This document shows positions 38,201 through 47,100 of a DNA stretch of 64,000 nucleotides, piece by piece. A model generated the notes under the pieces. That model saw only the letters and a list, made by a program, of their open reading frames with translations, searched no databases and was not told the DNA's origin. The stretch is taken from positions 1 through 64,000 of the IMG/VR virus record IMGVR_UViG_3300022745_000026; one strand, 5' to 3'. Numbering within the stretch: the first letter of the stretch is position 1; the number at the start of each line of letters is the position of its first letter. The stretch is from a virus. The position numbers were made by a program, and so were the translations under genes.

Positions 38201-39542
38201 AGTTAGTAGCGGTACTGACTGCGCCGGTGTTCAGGTTGAAGGCGGCAGCTGCTGCGCGGGTGGTGTTGTCCAAGCGAACAGTACCGTCCCCGCCAGTACC
38301 TAGCTTAATATAGGCACTATATGTATAGGTTAGGCCAGATGTGACAACAGGATTAGCGTAGACATATGGCACAGCATTAGAGAGTGAGCTTAGCTGTACG
38401 CCAGATACACCGCCATCAGGGGTTAATACAGAAACAACGGTACGTGTCGCAGAAGTATCGGTAGCCCACCCTACGTTAAAGAGTGTGGTATCTGGTAGTA
38501 AGTTTCCATTTAGCCGGTAAAACTTATTATCAGCAGTTAGCTGATACATAGCTCCGCTTGTATCTACTGAAACATCAGCCAGTTTTACAGAAATATTATC
38601 AAAGTCTGCATACTCACCGCTTACCCAGTTGCTACCCCCAGACACAGTAACGAAGGTAGTCGTGGTTGTAGCTACGAAAGAGCCATAAGTTGTAACACCA
38701 GACACAGACCCCATAGTGAGGTTTAATAGGTTACTACCACCAGAGGTAGTTCCAACATAGAGGAACGAATTTTTACTTGCGGCATTGGCAGTGGTGAGGG
38801 TGGCTGTGATGTAATAGGTCTTTCCTACAACCGTGGTGATAGGCGTAGCTTGCGTAGCATTCGGGCCCGCACCGGTGCCAGTCACCCGAATACCCCCAGC
38901 GACGACGGATAGTGTGGCAACTCCACCTACCCATCCACTGGTGTCTGTAGCGAAAGTGCCGTTAGTCACCAGCTCTGGGTTCGCCAGAGACGCAACATAT
39001 GCTCGGGCAGTAGCTTCACTAGGCTGGCGGCCAATCCATCGGCTACCCCCAAGAGCTTCCGTGTACCAACTCTTGTCCGAGCAGCGCTTGCGCCACTCTC
39101 CACCATCAAAATCCTTCGACGTATCGTAGATGATAGACTTCACTACAGCTCCACCATGCAGCATCTTACCGATGCCTGCCAACTGCTCTGCGGGGGCCGT
39201 ACTGGCTGCCCACGCTGCGAGGGCTAAGTCCTTCGCAGCGGCAGCGCTGGCTGCCGCTGTAGAAGTAGCGGAAGCGCTGGCTGCTGCTGCAGTAGCGCTG
39301 GCTGCAGCGGCAGCGGCATTAGTGATGGGGTTTGTAGCAGTGACAACGGCAGAAGCAGCGACGGCAGCGGCAGATGCAACTTGGGCTGCAGTCGTCAGCG
39401 TGTTGTTCTCTACGTTCTGAGCGTTCATGGCCGCAACGGCACCGGGGAGCCAAGCATGGTAGGCATCAGCCCTCACCGCAAAGTTCGGGGTGTCAACCCG
39501 ACTTGGTGCCGGTGTCGTATTGATTGGGATGGTTACGGTCAT
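35253..39542 (-). CDS. large tail fibre / receptor-binding protein with several CBM-like modules and a LamG domain
   Basis: Ala-rich N-terminal stalk, three NGTF.TDTSGW modules, a GWFRCSMT...WGAQLE module and LamG. Confidence 0.85.
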   Translation of the reverse strand: MTVTIPINTTPAPSRVDTPNFAVRADAYHAWLPGAVAAMNAQNVENNTLTTAAQVASAAAVAASAVVTATNPITNAAAAAASATAAAASASATSTAAASAAAAKDLALAAWAASTAPAEQLAGIGKMLHGGAVVKSIIYDTSKDFDGGEWRKRCSDKSWYTEALGGSRWIGRQPSEATARAYVASLANPELVTNGTFATDTSGWVGGVATLSVVAGGIRVTGTGAGPNATQATPITTVVGKTYYITATLTTANAASKNSFLYVGTTSGGSNLLNLTMGSVSGVTTYGSFVATTTTTFVTVSGGSNWVSGEYADFDNISVKLADVSVDTSGAMYQLTADNKFYRLNGNLLPDTTLFNVGWATDTSATRTVVSVLTPDGGVSGVQLSSLSNAVPYVYANPVVTSGLTYTYSAYIKLGTGGDGTVRLDNTTRAAAAAFNLNTGAVSTATNCTSSILALGGGWFRCSMTYTATSSAANTHDIVLLGTFLTGQGHYIWGAQLELGTVATAYKAVTGSAVSSATEVFRGITREFPALVAVVAETARVVIYDLTQASCPMWMVFTNGIGGYFAASNNSLSAANGTLAVAQNDRTVLVYFTADRGSRTHATASNYYITNIANRNGTLVMGQVLYTTYLPAGTNNDVSLTTLENAPTDPYTGLPTPTIAVATAGGVSVIKQDGTVLNSLNTERVDSVGFVGSTLFMGNRYATTDTFRFQELSSIAASWAPTSGMGYLFSGGAEDQSQIIPAAPYIFHRIDSAFTLNKLNKAFPSKSMRARVTNAYNTGWQVGDSRLAALASTTAETITDGSGTELVTNGTFATDTSGWTSGNSTLSVVSGAMRVTIAAGGSSGTAFQLITGLLVGRTYTVSLTFATGTSFAASISLGPGGVNGADYAYSGLAAGVNTLSFTATAANLGITLSNDGGSTGQYNDFDNISCKVTSEMINNGTFTTDTSGWTVLNGATFVQSGGAGLLTIAASQTFGAAYQAISCVVGRSYFVGITITPGTAANATLRVSNSTANAGEVVNSQTSASGRLTASFIATQTTHYLGLLNGGTATQTTAFDNISVKLAEPDRSVKNNGLVLNGTLTKTAVASGANLAAYSGFSASNYLEQPYSANLDFGTGDFCVMGWVTPSSLSSLGYLFGRQNTTPSGSRIYAYIAASTGVVNFTTTDGTTSVPISGGAVTVGSPAFIACMKSGASVYLYVNAVQVATATAATLTMNNATALFRLGVDHAAGNPALASLALWRISATAPSADQIAHIYRTELPLFQAGAQCTIAGTSTSVTALSYDEGTDTAHVGTSWGRSGFRDLLRVESEATTSSTLSSLSSVDGVVLTGSTTSGYVSAPSMYLRDEIRRKGTASKALAKQLIWQEFYATAGQTVFTLAKNGDVRAVYVNGIVRKSPADYSVSSDGFQNIITFTSGISAGIQVSVQTTRS

Positions 39543-41128
39543 GTGGATAGCCCTTGAATATCAAAGTTGCATAGGGAAGTAGAGTAGTATTCTACATTGA
39601 TGGAGAAGTTTCGGATGTTTCCGAAGGTGGTGAGAGTGGCATATTCAGCCTCATCCGTGGTAATCCATGTGCAGGGTGTGGCCCTAAGCCCTGACAGGGT
39701 GTGGTAGACACTTCCGAGTTGAGCCTTGTCAAACAGCGTATCTACCTTTAGGTCCTTACTGTAGCCCTTCTGAACGAAGGTTGTAAGTCCATTTGCATCA
39801 GTTTTCTTAATGCTGTAGTCAGTGATACCTATAGACGCCCCGTACTGTGAACCACCTAGATCAACTACCTGTCCAATACTTATATGCCCACACTGTACAG
39901 TTGAAGGCCCAGTAATCCTTATAGTTATATAAGATGAGCTATACATAGATAGGCTTGTATCCACATAGTCGGTCTCCTGTATTACAGTGGAGAAGTAGTA
40001 TTGATACCAGTTTGATATATCTGCACCATCCAGGTTCTTCTTGACCACACTCATCAGCGGTCCACCTGGCTCAGACAGCACACTCACCTCAAGCGTCCCG
40101 CCGACCAAGCCGAAGATTCCGATGCCGGAACAGTAACCGGGTTGCAGAATATAAATCTGCTCCATACTGGACGAACTGGCGGTGCTGACCTGGGAGTCGA
40201 AAGCCGCCCAAGTGTTAGATGGCCCCTTGTTCAGCCAGTAAGTCGGCGATAGGTCTGGGGCATGCCCTACGTTAGGGGACAGGATGCACTCCCACACCTG
40301 ATTCAAGTAGGTCACCCGGTCATTGATGGTATAGGTGGTACCCGCTGCGTAGGCCGCATTGGCATCAACCAAGTTGGTGTAAATCAGACCGCCGGTTGTT
40401 ACATCGGCTGCCCGTGAGGCAGTGACGTGGGTTGTAGCGCAGTAGCTGGATAGCCCCCCCTGCTCATACTGTGCTCCCCACAGATAGGCCCCGGAAGCCC
40501 CATCCCCTGCGTATGAGCTGGTAGACCCGCTGACTAATTCAATACGGCTGGTCGCTGAGCCGGTGGTTAAGGCAGTGGCAGTCACAGCGATTCTGTACAT
40601 TCCGTTTGCAAGTGCCGTAACACTGCAGGTCAGCGTACCTGTACTGGTGAAGGCCCCTGTAGCCAAGTCAAATATAGCAAAGTCAGTAGGGGCGAAATTT
40701 GGTGAGTAGCCGGGCGAGATTCCTACTTGACGAGCCCCGGAGTAGGCTTTTATATGAACTGAGAAAGTGTAGGGCTGTCCTGCGGTGACGCTGCGACCTG
40801 CAGACGTGATGGTGTGTGCCCCTGTGCTACTATCCTCGACCAGTCGGTCCATAGATGCAGTGCCATCAGGTGCCGTTGCGGTGTTTACCGCAACGGTGGT
40901 GCCTGTTTTTGTCCATGCTACGTCCCCGAACTGGCTGCTATGAATTTGCAGGTTGGTGGTAGCCAACTCAGCCAAGAACCCATTACACACACCAGTAAGC
41001 GGGTCAAAGGTGATGCGTGGGACATTAGCTGCTGCAGTCTGCAATACCCCAGAGCTATCCACGTAGGTCGCCGTGCTCGCTCTGGAGAATGACCCGGCAG
41101 TCACCGGGGTTGGCTTGATTACTTTCAT
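39539..41128 (-). CDS. tail-tip / distal tail protein with a carbohydrate-binding spike-like insert
   Basis: Follows the tape measure; FSRASTATYVD...WGAQYE module and C-terminal GITDYS.K.TD..G motif. Confidence 0.75.
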   Translation of the reverse strand: MKVIKPTPVTAGSFSRASTATYVDSSGVLQTAAANVPRITFDPLTGVCNGFLAELATTNLQIHSSQFGDVAWTKTGTTVAVNTATAPDGTASMDRLVEDSSTGAHTITSAGRSVTAGQPYTFSVHIKAYSGARQVGISPGYSPNFAPTDFAIFDLATGAFTSTGTLTCSVTALANGMYRIAVTATALTTGSATSRIELVSGSTSSYAGDGASGAYLWGAQYEQGGLSSYCATTHVTASRAADVTTGGLIYTNLVDANAAYAAGTTYTINDRVTYLNQVWECILSPNVGHAPDLSPTYWLNKGPSNTWAAFDSQVSTASSSSMEQIYILQPGYCSGIGIFGLVGGTLEVSVLSEPGGPLMSVVKKNLDGADISNWYQYYFSTVIQETDYVDTSLSMYSSSYITIRITGPSTVQCGHISIGQVVDLGGSQYGASIGITDYSIKKTDANGLTTFVQKGYSKDLKVDTLFDKAQLGSVYHTLSGLRATPCTWITTDEAEYATLTTFGNIRNFSINVEYYSTSLCNFDIQGLST

Positions 41129-44100
41129 GTTGCAGGGACCTCAGTAGTTTGTAGCGACTCACCGCCTTGAGTTACTTTCTTGAGCACTGCGCTGGTGTAG
41201 CCGGTGCTGCCAGCGATAGCGCGTAGCTCGTAACTCATATTCTCCAGTTGGCGGCTCTGTTGGCGCATGATCTCAGCTTGCTGGGCAATCAAGGCTTCCA
41301 GTTGTGCTGTATTGCTTCCTCCGGTGCCGTCAAGCAGGCTCTGAGTCTGTGCTGCATTATAGATGCGGCTGGGGCCAGTTGCCTCTAATTCGGGGCCATT
41401 CTCGCCCACCAAGCGCAACCCTCCGGTATGGAATCCACCTGTAGCGAAGGCGGGTATCGACTGGCCTAAGATGGCGGCAATGACCGCCCGCAATCCGCTG
41501 GCAGTTTTATCGGAGCCAGCGGCTACAGCGGCAGCGATTACATCCTGTGCGCTTCCGGTAGATGCCCCCAAGGCCAGCAGCTTCTTGTCGATCATGTCTA
41601 GGAGAGCTAAGCTCTCAGACTTGTAGTCACCCATGGCCAAGATGTTCTTGTCCACCAAGGCTGCAACGCTCTCAGAGTCAGCCAGAACTTTGCTGACTAG
41701 GCTGTCTTGTCCGGTAGCCTGCAGAGCTTCGATCAGCGGGTTGATGAGGGAGTTCACCTTGTCGCCGGCAGCCGCCAAGCCTTCGCCTGTGGCGCTTTGG
41801 GCCAGCAGGGTTGCTTGAGCGAATTGAGACTTCAGGTCTTCAGCCTTCTGAACATCAGTCATTTGGCTGAATTTGTAGCTGCGGATTGTCTCGCGGATAC
41901 CTGCGGCAGATTTGGCTAGCAGGTCAGCCAAGGCCTTCTGGGACTCATAGTATTTGACGGTCTCATCCTTCAACTTCGCCAGCTGGGTCACTGAGGTAGA
42001 AGCCGAGTTCACGAAGTCCTGCATAGCCTTTTGGTAGGCCAGCACTGCCGCCTTGGCTACCGCTTGGGCGGAGGTTACTTGTGCCTGCAGAGCGTCACGA
42101 GTCGTAGTCTCAGCCACCAAGTTTTGGTTTGCTGCTGTCAGTGCCCCCTGACCATTTCCTCCCAGCTCGGTGATGATCTGGTTGCGTAGAGCCTGAGCCG
42201 AGTACATCTTAGCCTCAGAATCCTTCAGGGCTGCTTGGGCGCTTGTAAGAGCGTTGACAGCATCAATGTAGGACTGTGGGGTGTAGGCCTCTGAACTGCG
42301 GTTCCACCAGTCACCGACATCCCTCATCGCTCTGCTCGGGGTGGCGTTCACTACATCCTGAGCTTTAGCCACTGCGCTGTACTTGTTTGTATAGTCAAAG
42401 TAAGCGTTACCGTAGTTGCTGGTAGCCGTGGTGTACCGAGTAGCATTGGCCTGTGCAGTATCAGCAGCAGCTTGGGCCGCAGTGATACGAGCGTTGGCGG
42501 CTGCGAGTTGCGTTGTCAGGGTGTTGAAGTTCGCGGCGGTGCTTAGAACTCCGCTGTTAGATGGGGCACCAGACTGCACGGAGGCAATGCGGCTCTCAAT
42601 CTGAGATTTTGACATCGACTCAGGGGCAATGATGCCGATGGCGGCATCCCGCACTGCGATGCGCTCGGAAGAGATGTCACCCAAGACCTTGCCAATTCTA
42701 CCGGCCAAGTCCTCGAATACCTTGGTGACTGTAACCATGAAGGTTTCAGTGTTCACAGAGGCCAGCGCAGCCGACAGCTTGGTGAAGTCGATGTTGGCAG
42801 AGTCTGCAGCTATCGAGAGGCTGTAGATTTGCTGCTGCAGTCGGTAGGCCGCCTGCTGGGAGTCAGTAAATCCAGAAGTCAGCGGAGGTATTTGGGCCTT
42901 GAAAGCCAGAACACTGCTTGCGCTGTCGCCCATGATGGAATTCATGAACAGCAACTCGTTGGACATGGCTGCAGAGGCTGCGGTGGCAGCGGCCAGCGAG
43001 CTGACCACTGGGGTAGCTGCAGTTGATGAGAGCAGCGTCAGGCTGGAGGTGACCAAGCCCAAGGACTGGACCACATCTCTTTGGCTTCCAGTGACAGCTT
43101 TCAAAATAGCCTCAGATGCAGTGACTGCGGCTTTGGAAGCCTCGTCAGCGAGCGTCTTCAGAGCTTCCGCTGTGGTGGCGAACTCAGGGGCCAAGTTCAG
43201 CAGCACGGCATGGGCTGTACGACCGGCCTCAGTGTTCAGGTCAAGGCCCTCTACAAGTGCCCGGAACCCTGCGTTTGTGCTTGGCAGGGCGTAGCCCAGC
43301 AGTGCCAAGGCCTTGCGCATCTTAGTCTGACTGTCTGCCACCTTCTCACCGCTGGTGTAGTAGGTGTCGTAGAAGGCTTGGCTGGAAGCGATGAACTTGT
43401 CCAGACCGCCGTGGGCCTTAATCAGCTCGGCAGCGGCTGCAGCTCCCGAGATACTCACTGCGAACAAGGCGTGGTGGGTAGCTGTGAGCCAGTTGTTCAC
43501 TGTGGACATACCAGAGGCCAGACGGGCCAAGGTCTCACGGGCCGACTCGCCTTCCAGGGCCATGCCGGCAATGTTAGGCACCAGCTTCAGGGCCAACTCG
43601 TCAGCCATACCCGTAAAGACCGCCAGTACGGTGTCGGAGGTAGCTCCGGCGGCTAGGTCTATGCTCTTGCTGTAGTTGGTGATGGAATCAGTGGACAGGC
43701 CCATAGCCTTGGCGGAATCTGCTGCCGCAGTCTTAACACCCTCAAAGGCAGTGGTCCAGCGCTTGGCGATTCCAGCATCAATTGCTGAAGTCTCTGTCCA
43801 AGTGCGGTCACTGGTGAACCAGCCCCCTTGCTGGTACATGTTGGCGTAATTCTGGCCGCTGAAGCCAGAAGAGCTGAAGGTGCCTCGTGTGCCCTGCTCC
43901 CGCACCTGAGTTTCACCATGACCGAAGGCACGACTGACCAGCCCACCAATGACACCCGCCACAGGTCCAATGCCGGGAATCATACTGGCAATGCCTGCGA
44001 TGGCATCAATGTTCAGGCCGTCAATCTTGAAGCCGCCGGACAGGGCTTTGCTGAGGCCGTAACCGCTGACGCCGTTCATTACAGAGCCTGCAATAACACC

Positions 44101-47100
44101 AGCCAGTTGGGCCCCGCCTGCTTGAGCAGCCATAGTGGCCGACTGCAGGGTAGCAGTGTTGGTCATACCTGCGCCGAACTCGCCCAACAACTGGTTAGCC
44201 CCCTCACCCAAGCCAAGGGAGCTGGTGATGCTGGCTGACTTGTCCATCAAAAAGTTACCTACACTAGCACCTACGTTCATGCTGCCTGTCAGCTTGTCGT
44301 ACAGGCCGCTCAGACTAGCGAGTATGGTTGAACCTGGACCACCTAGACCACCCAGAGCACCGGGTCCGCCCAATCCGCTGAGGAACCCTGTACCACTGAA
44401 AGCGGGGCCGCCCATCATAGAGCTGAACATGGCTTGCATGTTCACCTTGATCGGCTTGCTAAGCTCATCTTCCAAGACCTTCTTCAGGTTCTTAGCGCTC
44501 TCTTCGCCGCCGGCGGTAAGACCACCGATTACAGCGTCAGCCAAGGACCCTGCCAGCTTGTCGCGCTCGGAGTTGGCCAAGATTGTTTTTGCGGTTTCCG
44601 CTGCGCGTTGTGTGATTCCGGCAGCCTTCTCGCCTTTTAGTTTATCCATCTCCGACCGGAGCGCTGCGATTTGAGCGTTGTACTTTTCCATCAGCTCGGT
44701 GGCAGCGGTGATGGGCACACCACTATCCATTTGGGATGCAATCAAGGCGTCCAAGTTCGCTTGGGCCTCCTTCAGGTTGGGCACCAGCTTGTCGTACTGG
44801 TCATTCAAGGCTTCCTGTGCGGCTGCTGAAGCCTTTACACCTGCAGCGTAGGATGGGTCAGCGTAGCGTAGAGACTCGTCAAGCGCAGCGGCTGCGGCGG
44901 CCTTGACTTGGGCCTTGTCCTGTGCGTCCCAGAATTCTTGGGAGGTCTTCTTCAGGTCGTGCAGGGCCTTACCGACTTTGATGACTTCAGACTCTATCAG
45001 GCGGAAGGTTGCGCTGGCTGCTTTAGCCTTCTCGGCGGAGATTTTCTCGAAGAAAGATTCGGCAGAGTTCTGGGCGCTGGAAATCTTAGTTTCCATATCC
45101 TTGACTGCCTTAGCCACTTCCTCTGATGTAGCTTGTGGGTTTGATTTTTTCCACTTATCAGTGGCTGACACGATGTTCAGAATACTGGTGGCATAGGCAT
45201 CAGAGTAGGTCTTTGCATCATGCTCAAGTAGCGCAGTCTTCTCGTCAGAGAATGCCCGAGTCATAGCTAGAAGTTCAGCAAAATACTGCCCTTCTGTAAT
45301 CATCTCTGCGTCCCGCTTCACCTTTAGGATTGCCAGCTTATCTGACTCTAATTTATCGAATAGGGCAAGCGCTGTTGTGTGACGCTTAGTCAGCTCAGTC
45401 AGGGTATTGTCTTGGGTGAGGTCAAGGGCAACCTTATGTGGCTTAGCCTTGCCGGCTTTAGCATCAAAAATATCTTCTTCAGAGCCTTGGATTCCACGAC
45501 GCTTAGTTTTAGATTCCGCCAAGTCGAAAGAGGCTATCTGCTTCTTGATTTGAAATAGCCTATTAGTGTCTGTAATAGTCTTTATCACGTCAGTGGACTG
45601 CTGCTGACGGATTTTTACCAACCTAGACTCCAATTCAGCTTGAGCTGTGGCATGTGCCATCTCTGGGTCATACATACTGTTACGTATAAAGTACAACTCA
45701 GACTCGGCGGCCAGCAAGCGCTCGATACCGGCCAGTTGGCGGTAGTATTCGTCAACCCGGCGCACAGCGGCTTCACCATAGGCCTTATCAGCAGCCTGAC
45801 TGGCTGTCAGACCGTCTTTGCGGGCCTTCAAGGCAGACTCAGAGGCGGCCAGTTCGCTGGTAAGGCTCTCATTAAACAGGTTCATCTTCGCTTTGATGGC
45901 GGCAGACGATTCTTGCAGACCCTTCAGAGTTTTGGCGTCTTGCTTCTCCAGCGCTTCCTGAGCGCTCTCACCAGCAAAAATCCACTTGACAGCCAGAGCG
46001 CCGACGGCGGCAGTGGCGGCAATCACACCCAAAGTAACTGCTGCTATCCCGGCAACGAGCGCCCCCGTGGCCAAGGCTGACCCGGCAGCCAGTATTCCGG
46101 GGGCCAGAAGCTCTAAAGACATAGCCACGCCTGCAATACTGGAGCGCAGGGCTGCCATCACAGTGGACCCTACAGCCACCTCAGCCATGAACGCTGTAGT
46201 TGCTGCCCGAACTGCGACGAATCCGGTAAGCAGTGCCGTCAGGGCTTCCTGGCCAAACAGTATGTAAGCTCCAGCTACGCCAAGCATTGCTTCCTTGTGC
46301 TCCCAAGCGTATTTAGTAGCGTCTACGAAGGCTAGACCCACGTTGACGGTTCCCTTGACCAAGTTCGCTAGGCCTGTCTGGAAACTGTCACTGCTGAAGG
46401 TCTGGTGCAGTTGGTCAGCAAACACCATCAGGGAGTCAGACACAGAGCCAAACGCCTTGACTAGGCCAGTCTCTAAGGAGGCTTTCAGCGCATCCAAGGA
46501 CCCTTGAGGGGTCAGGCGCTTCTCAGCTGAAATGATAAAGTTCTTTCCGGCGGCGTTCTCAGTAGACTCTTTGCTCTTGGCTGCCATGATGTCGAATGCT
46601 TCGTTCACCGCCCTCACTCGGACGGCTGCAGCTTCAGCCTTCTTACCCTTGGCTTCAAGGGCCTCAGCCTCCTTGAGGTGCTCAGGAACCATAGACTTCA
46701 TGGTCTCCAAAGCCTTGGCTTGGGCAGCTGCAAAGGTCTTAGAGCCCCGCTCGTTAGACAGGCCTGCGAAGTAGCTGTCCTGTGAGGCCTTGGTCTTATT
46801 GATGGTGGCCAAGGTCAATTCACGGAATATCTCGATGGTGGGCTTGAGTTCACCGTCAGCCTCTCCGCCTATCTGGCGAATGTTAACTTTTAGCTGCTTC
46901 AGTGCCTCAGCTACTTTACCGCTGGTCTTAGTGATCTCAGTATAGAAATTACGATAGCTGGTACCTGCTGCTGAGCCTGTAATACCGATCTGTGCCAGTG
47001 AGCCCAAGCCTTCAGCAGTGTCAGCCAGAGATAGGTTAAAGTGCTGAGCTACTACAGAGGCAGTCTTAAACGCTTCAGCCATATCAGACACCGAAGCGAT

